Shown here one piece after another: positions 8,290-17,695 of a stretch of DNA of 34,796 nucleotides. This DNA is from Elusimicrobiota bacterium. GTDB taxonomy: Bacteria; CG03; SLGR01; JAGXOG01. The first letter of the stretch is position 1. Every line of letters starts with the position of its first letter. The stretch is from the NCBI GenBank assembly GCA_051745145.1, contig JBNJDT010000012.1, forward strand, positions 1-34,796. The letters are read 5' to 3'. The notes under the pieces are model-generated. The model did no database searches and had not been told where the DNA came from. It was given only the letters and a program-made list of their open reading frames with translations. Made by a program: the position numbers and the translations under genes.

Positions 8290-11200
8290 ATGTTTAAATA
8301 TATAACTTCTATCATCAAAAGAATTGTCTGTCTGATACCGCTATTTATTATAATGTTACTGTATCCTGCTCCCGGCGGCGCAGGTACGTTTACGGAAGAT
8401 TTTACCTCCGTAATTAAAAAATCAACCGAGACTACAGCCAACTGGGATACGGCAAATAACAATCTTACTCTTTCTACAACTACCCAAAAACCCCTCCAAG
8501 ACGACGAATCTGATATATCTAAAGACGATGCATCCGAGAGAGGGTACCGGTTTAAGGCCCTTTACGACGGTAAAATAACTGCCCTGGGCCGGTTCAGGGC
8601 AGATGACTACTCGGGCAATACCAAAGTCCGGCTCTGGTCGGACGACGGGACTATACTATCCAGCACCACGGTTCCCGATACTTCGGGGTGGTCTTTTGCG
8701 GATATTTCCCCGGTGAAGGTTTCTTCGGGCACTTATTACAGGGTCTCGGTAATATGTAAATCATCGAGAACCTATTTTAATACTTCTCTTCCCACCCGGC
8801 GAAATTACTTAAAATTATATTCAGCGGTAAAATCAACTCAGGCATCCGGGTTCCCGAGTGAAGAGATAGAAGATCTCTGGGGGGCTCCGGACATAAAATT
8901 TGTTTCCGAATATATCTACCCCTCCACGGGAGTATCCAAAGGATACGACACCCTGGTATCCGACCCCCTCTATCTTAATTTCACTTCTTCCGAAACTTTA
9001 AACGGCGGGTCGGTTGACTATTCATTTTCGGACAGCCCGGATAACAGCTCCTGGTCGGAATGGACAAGTGATGTAACCGGTTTATCAAAAAGATACCTGC
9101 GCTGGAAAGCGGTTCTTGACTCCACTACCAGCTCTAAAACCCCCGTAGTTCACAACTTGGAATTTAATTACAACTGTCCACCTCAAACTCCCACTGTCTT
9201 CTCCCCCGAAGATTTACAACCTGTAAATACCCTCAGGCCGGAATTTGTCTGGGAAAACTCTTACGATGAGGACGGGGATACCCCGACCTACAAACTCCGG
9301 ATTTCTACAAATACCGGTTTTTCTCCGGTTTATTTTACATATGAAGAGATTGCCGAAAGTGAATTAAACTATTCCAGCTTCACCATTACAGATGAGATCT
9401 ATCACTCCCCCTGGTACTGGCAGATTAAAGCCACGGACACCTACTCTGATTCTGCATGGACTTCCACTTACACGGTCTGGGTGGATACTGTCCCCCCGGA
9501 CCAGATAACCGATCTTCAGGCCCAAAGAGGAACAGCTAACGGGGAAATCGATATCGAGTGGACCGAGCCGGGAGATACGGGAAAGACAGAGACTATTTCA
9601 GAATATCTTATAAGTTACGCCACCTATAATCTAACCGAAGCTCTCTGGAGTAAAGCTCCAAAAGTTTCCACTCCCCCCGAGCCTTCTTCTCCGGAGGAGC
9701 CGAGAAATTATACCGTAACCGGTCTGGAAGATGACCGGGCCTATTATCTGGGTATAAAAACTAAAGACGACGCGGGCAACCGGTCCCAGATATCCAATAT
9801 TGCCGTCTCCTCCACAAACTTTACCCCGGAAATTGAACTTATCCATCCTACCGACGGCGTAGCAATTTCAAGTAACGTCACTATACGGTGGGACTATCGG
9901 GATGTAAATCCCCCGGATACCCACTCTTTTGATATAATGCTTTCAGATGACGGAGGGGCAACTTACGATACCGAGATCGCCTCAAATTTATCCGACAATA
10001 CAACTTACTACGAATGGTATACCCTGGAAGTTCCCAACGCTACTTACTGGCTGAAAGTTACCGCAGAAGACAACATGGGACTGTCTTCACAGAGCGTATC
10101 ATCTGCTACTGTAGATAACGCTAATGTTCCCCCAGAGGTTTCTTTAAATCGTCCGGACGGCGGGGAGACCTATGTGGATACCGAAGAAATAAGCTGGGAC
10201 TATGACGATATTAATCCTGTTGATGAGATCCATTTTGACATACTTATCTCAACGGACGGAAAAAACAGCTGGATAACGGAAGTTCAGGACCTATACCTGG
10301 ATGACGGTTTAACCGGCGGTACTACAAATTATTCCTGGGATACAACTGCCTACCCGGACGGACACCGGTACCGGGTTCAAATCCGGGCCTATGACAATAT
10401 GTCCACTACGGGAACAGCCATATCAAATGATGATTTTATTGTATTTAACAATAACCACCCCCCGGAAGAATTTTCTCTTATCTCTCCCGCTCCGGAAGAG
10501 GAAGTTAAAATTCTCTACCCTGAATTCAACTGGGAGGACAGCGACGATCAGGATATACCAAAAGGAGACTCTTTTACATACAGACTATACTATTCTCAAT
10601 ACGAAGATTTTAGCAGACAAAAGGTAGTTGAAGATATTTCCGGCTCCAGTTACACTCTAAAAAGTAAACTCAAAGATTTTACCAGATACTGGTGGAAGGT
10701 CAGCGCTATAGATGAATTTGATGAAGAAACTTTTAATACCGGTGATCCCGGAAGTTTTTATGTACGGTGGGCTGAGGCCGACAGTGAAGATGAGGATATA
10801 ATTATTTCCGGCGAACAGAATCTGCCCGAAGACGGTTATTTTGACGTTAACAAGACCGGTGAAGGCGAGGACGGCCTGATAAAAACGGCTGACAACAACG
10901 CCATCGGGGATCCGAGGCTGCGCACTCTCGATAACAACACGGCTTACAACATACAGGTTAAAGACCGGGAAACTGACGCTGTTCTTTCAGTAAACGATCT
11001 GAGCAGCAATGTAACTATGAAATATGTTGATGCCGATAACGACAATTACCTTGACTGTTGCGATGTAAATGTAAAATACATCCGGATTTTCCGGTTCAGT
11101 GATGACCGGTGGGAACTCGCCTCCACCGATCAGGTCGTAAATACCGATAATAATACCGTCACCGCCCGGGACGTAAAGTCACTTTCTATTTTTGCCGTCC

Positions 11201-11550
11201 AGCTATACAGTCCACCTGACGGACATCTTTCAGAGGTAAGAAATTTCCCCAACCCTTTCCGGGCCGGCTCCCGGGAGACCGAAATAGTTTACACTTTAAA
11301 TGAAGATTCGCAGGTAACTCTGGATTTTTACACCATAACCGGAGATCTGGTATATACAAAAGATATCAAACCCGGCGAAAACGGGGGTAAAGGCAGCTCC
11401 GTTGGTTATACAAACCGTATTCCCTGGAAAGGTTATAACGGCAACGGAAGAGTTTTAGCCGACGGTATCTATATACTTTCTGTTACGGCCAAAGGGGAAA
11501 ACTCGGGTACAACTTCCCGGGAAAAAAGACTTATAGGAGTGGTAAAATGA
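8290..11550 (+). CDS. Large secreted Ig/FN3-repeat protein with DUF4082-like domain and FlgD-Ig/T9SS-like sorting domain
   Basis: ATG 8290 gives a signal peptide (MFKYITSIIKRIVCLIPLFIIMLL) and lies downstream of the predicted promoter, so it is preferred to 8167. GYRFKALYDGKITAL...RLW segment; FN3 (DTVPPDQITDL...GNRSQISN); NFPNPF...WKGYNGNGRVLADGIYI tail. Confidence 0.85.
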   Translation: MFKYITSIIKRIVCLIPLFIIMLLYPAPGGAGTFTEDFTSVIKKSTETTANWDTANNNLTLSTTTQKPLQDDESDISKDDASERGYRFKALYDGKITALGRFRADDYSGNTKVRLWSDDGTILSSTTVPDTSGWSFADISPVKVSSGTYYRVSVICKSSRTYFNTSLPTRRNYLKLYSAVKSTQASGFPSEEIEDLWGAPDIKFVSEYIYPSTGVSKGYDTLVSDPLYLNFTSSETLNGGSVDYSFSDSPDNSSWSEWTSDVTGLSKRYLRWKAVLDSTTSSKTPVVHNLEFNYNCPPQTPTVFSPEDLQPVNTLRPEFVWENSYDEDGDTPTYKLRISTNTGFSPVYFTYEEIAESELNYSSFTITDEIYHSPWYWQIKATDTYSDSAWTSTYTVWVDTVPPDQITDLQAQRGTANGEIDIEWTEPGDTGKTETISEYLISYATYNLTEALWSKAPKVSTPPEPSSPEEPRNYTVTGLEDDRAYYLGIKTKDDAGNRSQISNIAVSSTNFTPEIELIHPTDGVAISSNVTIRWDYRDVNPPDTHSFDIMLSDDGGATYDTEIASNLSDNTTYYEWYTLEVPNATYWLKVTAEDNMGLSSQSVSSATVDNANVPPEVSLNRPDGGETYVDTEEISWDYDDINPVDEIHFDILISTDGKNSWITEVQDLYLDDGLTGGTTNYSWDTTAYPDGHRYRVQIRAYDNMSTTGTAISNDDFIVFNNNHPPEEFSLISPAPEEEVKILYPEFNWEDSDDQDIPKGDSFTYRLYYSQYEDFSRQKVVEDISGSSYTLKSKLKDFTRYWWKVSAIDEFDEETFNTGDPGSFYVRWAEADSEDEDIIISGEQNLPEDGYFDVNKTGEGEDGLIKTADNNAIGDPRLRTLDNNTAYNIQVKDRETDAVLSVNDLSSNVTMKYVDADNDNYLDCCDVNVKYIRIFRFSDDRWELASTDQVVNTDNNTVTARDVKSLSIFAVQLYSPPDGHLSEVRNFPNPFRAGSRETEIVYTLNEDSQVTLDFYTITGDLVYTKDIKPGENGGKGSSVGYTNRIPWKGYNGNGRVLADGIYILSVTAKGENSGTTSREKRLIGVVK

Positions 11551-13010
11551 TTAAAAAACTCCTGTCCGCTGTCCTGATAATCTTTTATACGGCTTCCCTT
11601 CAGGCCTATTATCCGTCATCGGATTCCGGCGGTTATCCCGGCGAAATTCTTTTATCCCTGGGGGGAGGACCCCGGGGAATGGCCACCGGGGGAGCCTTTT
11701 CCACGGTAGATGAAAGTAACGTGGCTCCCTACTGGAACCCGGCCGGTCTTGCGGGCATAGGAGCTCACGAGATAAGTTTACATTATGTCCCGCTGTGGAT
11801 GAACGGAGAATACGGAGCTTTTAACTTTGCCCACCCTCTTCCCCCTGGATTTGAGCTCACCCAGGACTCAACCCTGGGAATAGGTTATTACAGACTTAGA
11901 TCGGGACTTGCCGAAGAGACCGACGTTTTGGGCCGGTCTTTAGGAGATTTTTCCGATAAATGGGATACTTTCAATTTTACTTACGCCCGCAAGCTTTCTA
12001 AAAATGTTAACTGGGGCGTCAATTACAAATTAATAAACAGAAATTATTATAACTATGCCAGCAGATTACACGGTCTGGATACGGGAATACAGGGAAAAGT
12101 TAAGCTGCCCGGAGAAGATACTCTTAAATTCAGTTTTACGGTCCAAAATTTAATGTTTACTAAATTAGAACACCGCAGCGAAGAAAAGATCCCCCCGAAT
12201 TTAAAATTCGGGATGGGGTACCAAACTCCCGACGGAAAAAGAACATTGATGCTCGATGTCGATCAAGTTATAGATGATACTCCCCACAACCCCCGGTTTT
12301 ATCTTGGGGGTGAAACTGAAATTTTTGATCTTTTAAACCTCAGAGCCGGTTTCAATTACAAGCAGGCGGCTGTGGGCATGGGCATGCACCTTTTTAACAT
12401 GGATATAGATTACGCTTACATTTTTCATGAACTTGGAAATACCCACAGGATGAGCGTAAATTTCAGGTTCGGAAAGAGAAATGAACGGGAGACAAAATTA
12501 ATTCAGAAGACAAAGCAAAAAGCTAATACCCGGATCGAAACTCTCAAAAATGTCAATCAGGCCTATATCAATCTTATAACAAAGGCCATAAAACTTTTTC
12601 AGGAAGGCAATTACAAAGAAGCCAGCCGGGAATTTGAAAAAATACTTGAACGGGATCCTTTAGATAAAGATACCGCGCAGGCTATCCAATCAATACTGGT
12701 GGAAATTGACCAAATTGTAGCTCAGAAAAAACTGGAAAAAGCAGAAGAACATTATAAGGAAGCCAAAAGGCTTTTTGAGCGGAACGCTTTTGACAAAGTT
12801 GAAGAAGAGCTGGACAAAGCCCTGGATTTAAATCCGGATTTAAAAAAAGCAGAGGTTTTTAAATTGAGGAATACCGGTTTTAAGCATATTTCTGCCGGAA
12901 GGCTTCAAGAAGGCGTAAATTCTCTGGAAAAGGCCCTGGAGCTGGATCCGGATAACAAGAGAATTCGTAAAAACGTGGAAAAATTAAAAGAATATATAGA
13001 AGCAGAATAA
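11547..13010 (+). CDS. PorV/PorQ (UPF0164) family beta-barrel fused to TPR repeats
   Basis: Signal peptide; GGPRGMATGGAF...YWNPAGLA; THRMSVNFRFG barrel end; TPRs (FEKILERDP, ALDLNP, ALELDPDN). ATGA overlap with the upstream gene. Confidence 0.85.
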   Translation: MIKKLLSAVLIIFYTASLQAYYPSSDSGGYPGEILLSLGGGPRGMATGGAFSTVDESNVAPYWNPAGLAGIGAHEISLHYVPLWMNGEYGAFNFAHPLPPGFELTQDSTLGIGYYRLRSGLAEETDVLGRSLGDFSDKWDTFNFTYARKLSKNVNWGVNYKLINRNYYNYASRLHGLDTGIQGKVKLPGEDTLKFSFTVQNLMFTKLEHRSEEKIPPNLKFGMGYQTPDGKRTLMLDVDQVIDDTPHNPRFYLGGETEIFDLLNLRAGFNYKQAAVGMGMHLFNMDIDYAYIFHELGNTHRMSVNFRFGKRNERETKLIQKTKQKANTRIETLKNVNQAYINLITKAIKLFQEGNYKEASREFEKILERDPLDKDTAQAIQSILVEIDQIVAQKKLEKAEEHYKEAKRLFERNAFDKVEEELDKALDLNPDLKKAEVFKLRNTGFKHISAGRLQEGVNSLEKALELDPDNKRIRKNVEKLKEYIEAE

Positions 13011-13024
13011 TTGAGGAGGATACA

Positions 13025-14863
13025 TTGTTTCATAAAAAAACTGTAATAATAATAGGTATAATTTTATTTACCCTGACAGCCCCCGCGCTGACCCAGGACC
13101 GGGAACCGGAAGTATTCAATGACGGGGTAGTTAATTACGTCAGAGGAAATCTGGATGAAGCCGTAGTTAAATTCGAGCAGGCCTACAATCAGGCCCCGGA
13201 TAACGAAAAAGTAAAAACTTTCTATCTTAAAAGTTTAGTAGAGATGGGAACCCGGTTTTACGAACAGGACCAGTACGATAAAGCAAAGCCCTATCTGGAA
13301 AAGGCCTACAACCTGGCTCCAGATCAAAAACAGGTAAAAGAAATGTATGAAATAGTAACGGATACTGAAGAAAAGGAAGAAGATAAAAAAGCTACCCGGA
13401 TGACTCCCATTTTGGAAGGTTTCAGAAAAGAACAGGAAAAATTAATTACCGGTTACCTGCAGCAGGATGAGGTAATTGAAGATGTATTAAATAAATTCGA
13501 ACAGGAACGCAAAACCCTCGAAAAACAGATGGCCCAATCCACAAGGACCAACACCTATATTATAGTTGCCATTGTTATTATCGGGGGATTAGTTTTTGTA
13601 TCCACCATGATGCTTGTCAGAAAAAAAGACAAGAAAAGAATGGATTCCCTGCGAAACCACGAAGAAAAGATTATCCGGGAACTCAGGGAAGTCTCAACCA
13701 TGCAAAAATCTCCCCGGATAAATATAAAGCCCGAAGGCAAAGGCAGTTCCATAAGCAAAACCCTTAAACAGTCAGAGAAAAAGATACTGGTGGTTGATGA
13801 CAGTAAAGATGCCCGGGAAGGTATGACCAGCTTTCTTAACTCCGAAGATTTCAACGTAGATCAGGCTGAAAACGGCGAAAAAGGCATTGAGCTTCTAAAG
13901 AAAAACAAATACAACATCGTGGTAACTGATTTAAAAATGGAGGAAGTTGGCGGTATCCAGGTACTTAAAAAAGCTAAGGAAATTCAACCGGACATCGAAG
14001 TTATAGTTGTTACCGCTTACGGCTCGGCCGAATCCGCCGTGGACGCCATGAAACACGGAGCCTATGACTATATACTTAAACCATTAAATATGGATCAACT
14101 GGAGATAATCATAGAAAGATGCCTGGAAAGACAAAAACTTACCGGTAAAGTCAGCGGACTTCAACTCGAACTTCTGGAAAAAGAACTTGCCGGCGAAAAT
14201 GATCCCCGGGTTGCTATGAACCTCCTTGAACCTTTTTTAGATGATAAAAATGAATGGATCCAGGCAAACGCAGCCAGAATTTTATACCGGTTCAATGAAA
14301 AAAAAGCTCTTTCTGTGTTAAGAAAAATGCTCCAAAAACCGGCTGAAAGATTTCACCGGGCGGCTTCCTGGGCAGCAAAGGAACTGGACTGCGAAGCGGC
14401 TTTGAACCTGACGGGCGAAAAAAAAGAGAGCGGTTCATCCCATTCTCCGGACAAAGTAGATTCAAAACTTGTTATCAATGACAATAGAGAAGTAGTAACC
14501 GATATCGACCCCAGTTATCGCCGAAAAGCAAATGAAGTTGAAGCGATGGAAAAAGAACTGACCGGCGATGAAGATCCCCGGGATATATACAATATGCTCT
14601 CGGTCTATTTAAACGATGCCAACAACAGAATACGGGCCAATGCCGTAAAAATTCTATACCCTTACGATAGGGAAAAAGCTATGAAAGAGATCAGACGGAT
14701 GCTGGACAGCAAAGATAAATGGATGAAAATTTCCGCGCTGTGGGTCTGTTCACAGATAAACAATAAAGAGACAGTTAAAATACTTAAGGAACAGTCCAAA
14801 AATTCCGATAAGTTCGTAAGTAAAAAAGCAGGCCAATTTTTAAATCAAATCGGCAAAAATTAA
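13025..14863 (+). CDS. Membrane protein: signal peptide, TPR, coiled coil, TM helix, receiver domain, duplicated HEAT-like unit
   Basis: TTG start after GAGGAGG; TPRs (EQAYNQAPDN, EKAYNLAPD); TM YIIVAIVIIGGLVFVSTMML; REC ILVVDD/DLKM/TAY/KP; two EKEL.G..DPR...ANA..ILY repeats. Confidence 0.85.
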   Translation: MFHKKTVIIIGIILFTLTAPALTQDREPEVFNDGVVNYVRGNLDEAVVKFEQAYNQAPDNEKVKTFYLKSLVEMGTRFYEQDQYDKAKPYLEKAYNLAPDQKQVKEMYEIVTDTEEKEEDKKATRMTPILEGFRKEQEKLITGYLQQDEVIEDVLNKFEQERKTLEKQMAQSTRTNTYIIVAIVIIGGLVFVSTMMLVRKKDKKRMDSLRNHEEKIIRELREVSTMQKSPRINIKPEGKGSSISKTLKQSEKKILVVDDSKDAREGMTSFLNSEDFNVDQAENGEKGIELLKKNKYNIVVTDLKMEEVGGIQVLKKAKEIQPDIEVIVVTAYGSAESAVDAMKHGAYDYILKPLNMDQLEIIIERCLERQKLTGKVSGLQLELLEKELAGENDPRVAMNLLEPFLDDKNEWIQANAARILYRFNEKKALSVLRKMLQKPAERFHRAASWAAKELDCEAALNLTGEKKESGSSHSPDKVDSKLVINDNREVVTDIDPSYRRKANEVEAMEKELTGDEDPRDIYNMLSVYLNDANNRIRANAVKILYPYDREKAMKEIRRMLDSKDKWMKISALWVCSQINNKETVKILKEQSKNSDKFVSKKAGQFLNQIGKN

Positions 14864-14890
14864 TACCCCGGTTTTTAGCTATTAATTAAC

Positions 14891-16813
14891 TTAATCCCGG
14901 ACGATCTTAAAATCAACCTGTCTTTTCTCCAGGTCAATACGGGCCAGCTGAACTTTCAACTTGTTCCCTATTTTAAATTTTTTGCCGGTTCTCTTTCCTC
15001 TTAGAACCATCTTATCCTCAGAAAAGATATAGTAATCGTCATTTAAATCCCTGACGTGTATCAGCCCTTCCAGGCCCATATTGAGTTCCACAAAAACCCC
15101 GAAGGAAGTTACTCCGCTTATAATGCCTTCAAATACATCGCCGAGACGGTCTTTCATAAACTCCATCAACTTGAGCTCTTTAGATTCCATCTGGGCGGCG
15201 CCGGCAGATCTTTCCTTTTTAGAAAGCTCTTCTCCCCATTTTTCAAGATTTTCTCTGTATTTCTTCTCTTTCTTTTGGGACAATTTTCCGTTTTTGGCCA
15301 GCTCAGATACAATGCGGTGAACTATAAGATCGGGATACCGGCGGATGGGAGAGGTAAAATGGGTATAATTATCCAGGGCCAGCGCAAAATGACCTTTATT
15401 ATGCTGGGAATAGACCGCTTGCTGGAGGGAGCGGAGCATCATAGTGCTGATTACAACTTCCTCCTTGCTCTTTCGGATACGGTCAAGTATAGTCTGCAGA
15501 TGCTGGGGAGTAATTTTTTTATCTTCGGGAAGTGTAAACCCGAAAAGTTTAACAAAATTTCTGAAAGATTCCAGCTTTTCCCCTTCCGGCTGTTCATGGA
15601 TCCGGTACAGGCTGGGAATCTTATTGTCGGCCATGTGACCGGCCACCACTTCGTTGGTAAGTATCATAAATTCTTCAATCAGGCGGTGGGACATAGTTCT
15701 CTCTTCCCTCTTTATTGTTTTAACCTTGCCGTCTTCTTTTAAATCTATTTTTACCTCCGGAAATTCAAAATCGATACAGCCGCCTTTGTCTCTCTGTTTT
15801 TTTAATTTTTTGGCCAGCTGGACCATAGTATTTAGATCCCCGTACATATCTTTGGCCGTATAGGTTTCTTCGGCCAGAATTTCATCGACGTCATCATAGG
15901 TAAACCGGCACTTGTTTTTAATTATACTTTTAGAAAATCTGTAATCTCTAATATTTCCCTTTTTATCCAGGTCCATTAAAACAGATATTGTAAATCTTTT
16001 TTTATGGGGCTTAAGAGAACAGATATTATTGGATATCTTTTCGGGGAGCATGGGAATGACTTTGCCCGGAAGATATACGCTGGTCCCCCGATCGTATGCC
16101 TCCTTATCCAGCCCGGAGTTCTCTTTGACAAAATGTGACACATCTGCAATATGCACCCCCAGCTTATATCCTTTTTTTGTCTTTTTTATGGATACGGCGT
16201 CGTCAAAATCCCTTGCCGACTGGGGATCTATGGTAAAACAGTTTAAATGTGTCAAATCCTCCCTGCCGGTCTTATCCAGTTTATCAATACTGGCGGGGAT
16301 CTCTTTTGCTTCTTTTACAGCCCCGGAACTGAATTCTTCTTTTATATCATTCCGCAGGAGAGTTATAGCCACTTCCGTCTTGTAAGTTCCCGCAGGACCC
16401 AGAATTTCTATAATTTTTCCCCGGGCATTTTTTTTCTTTCCCGGCATTCTGTCCAGATGAACATAGACTCTATCCCCTTCGCTGACTTTTTTAAATAGAT
16501 CATTTTCAATAAGATCTATACGTTCGGCGTCAGAGCCTAAAGGTAAGACCCCCTTCCACCCTTTTGCTGAGACAAAAGTTCCTATAACTTTTCGGGATTG
16601 CCTCTTTATAATTTTAACTACGCGACCTTCGGGTTTTGCCTTTTTTCTATTTGAGACAATTTTCACTTCAACCTGATCTCTATCCATTGCCGTCTTAAGA
16701 TTCTTCTTATTTATATAAATATCGGGTTTAACGCCGTCATCTCTTATCACAAAACCGAACCCGCTGCGATGCTTGTCCAGTATTCCTTTTATTCTTTTAT
16801 TTTTACTGTTCAT
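14891..16813 (-). CDS. rnr: Ribonuclease R
   Basis: Cold-shock domains (GFGFV); RNB motifs TIDPQSARDFDDA and HFTSPIRRYPDL; C-terminal S1 domain. Confidence 0.95.
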   Translation of the reverse strand: MNSKNKRIKGILDKHRSGFGFVIRDDGVKPDIYINKKNLKTAMDRDQVEVKIVSNRKKAKPEGRVVKIIKRQSRKVIGTFVSAKGWKGVLPLGSDAERIDLIENDLFKKVSEGDRVYVHLDRMPGKKKNARGKIIEILGPAGTYKTEVAITLLRNDIKEEFSSGAVKEAKEIPASIDKLDKTGREDLTHLNCFTIDPQSARDFDDAVSIKKTKKGYKLGVHIADVSHFVKENSGLDKEAYDRGTSVYLPGKVIPMLPEKISNNICSLKPHKKRFTISVLMDLDKKGNIRDYRFSKSIIKNKCRFTYDDVDEILAEETYTAKDMYGDLNTMVQLAKKLKKQRDKGGCIDFEFPEVKIDLKEDGKVKTIKREERTMSHRLIEEFMILTNEVVAGHMADNKIPSLYRIHEQPEGEKLESFRNFVKLFGFTLPEDKKITPQHLQTILDRIRKSKEEVVISTMMLRSLQQAVYSQHNKGHFALALDNYTHFTSPIRRYPDLIVHRIVSELAKNGKLSQKKEKKYRENLEKWGEELSKKERSAGAAQMESKELKLMEFMKDRLGDVFEGIISGVTSFGVFVELNMGLEGLIHVRDLNDDYYIFSEDKMVLRGKRTGKKFKIGNKLKVQLARIDLEKRQVDFKIVRD

Positions 16814-17010
16814 ATAATATCCTTATTCTTTTTATTATCCTAATTCTCTTTTTAATACTTTTTAAACCTCTTAAATTTCTACCTTTAAAGAGAATCTAAC
16901 TTTAAATTCTTATTTGTATAAGGTTAACATAAAAGCTGGAAAAAGTGAAATGAAAATTTTCCCGGAAAGAGACTAAAAAATTTTAATGTACTGTGACTTA
17001 ATCCATTTTA

Positions 17011-17029
17011 AACCGGCGCCGGACCGGTT
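17011..17029 (-). terminator. Possible weak hairpin/terminator after the exonuclease gene
   Basis: aaccgg-7 nt-ccggtt inverted repeat next to the stop codon; only a short U tract. Confidence 0.3.
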
Positions 17030-17030
17030 A

Positions 17031-17597
17031 TTATAATTTTAATAACTTCTGAAATACTTCTGCAGTAGCCTTGGCATCGGAGAGAGCATTGTGAGCTCTG
17101 GAATTTTCTACTTCTAAATATTCACAGGCAGACGCCAGGCTGGCAGAATTTAAATCCAGCTTCCCCGTCAAATTAAAAAACCTGAGCAGCGTAGAAGTAT
17201 CCAAATTCCGGTGGGAAAAATATTTCATATAAGAAACGCCAGCCAGGTTAAAGAGACGGTGCATAAAATCTATATCAAAATATATATTGTGGCCTATCGG
17301 TACTACTTTATTATCATCATCCCTCATTACATTTTCCCGGCCGGCAAAGTAATCAATTATTTTATTCACTGTATCCTCAGGGCTCAGAGCTTCTTTTACG
17401 TGTTCTTTAAGATCTATTTTATTTACGGCCATCGAACCCGGAGTAGTTGCAATATTATCTTCTTTTATTTTTATCTCAAAACCATCAATAATATTCTCCC
17501 GGTCGGCTATAACTATTCCCACGGAAAGAATACTGTGTTTCTGGGGATCCAGCCCCCCGGTTTCAGTATCTATTATGCAAAAATTTGATTCTTTGAT
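17031..17597 (-). CDS. DEDDh 3'-5' exonuclease (DnaQ-like), probable non-canonical ATC/ATT start
   Basis: ExoI IIDTETGGLDP lies in frame upstream of the called GTG (17522); ExoII GHNIYFD; ExoIII AHNALSDA. AAGGAG lies 5 nt before ATC at 17597. Confidence 0.8.
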   Translation of the reverse strand: MKESNFCIIDTETGGLDPQKHSILSVGIVIADRENIIDGFEIKIKEDNIATTPGSMAVNKIDLKEHVKEALSPEDTVNKIIDYFAGRENVMRDDDNKVVPIGHNIYFDIDFMHRLFNLAGVSYMKYFSHRNLDTSTLLRFFNLTGKLDLNSASLASACEYLEVENSRAHNALSDAKATAEVFQKLLKL

Positions 17598-17695
17598 AAT
17601 TTCTCCTTTTTCACTTCCTGTTATTTAGCAATTGATTATATTATTTATAATTTCATACTGGAAAATGTCAAGTTTTTATATAAAAATTTCAAAAT

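Noticed and set aside
15056..16498. Plus-strand ORFs up to 228 aa opposite rnr, and similar short shadow ORFs elsewhere
   Set aside because: They lie antisense to or within well-supported genes and have no recognisable motifs.
16814..17010. AT-rich 200-bp gap upstream of rnr as a possible sRNA or riboswitch
   Set aside because: No conserved motif or stable structure was visible; probably promoter sequence.
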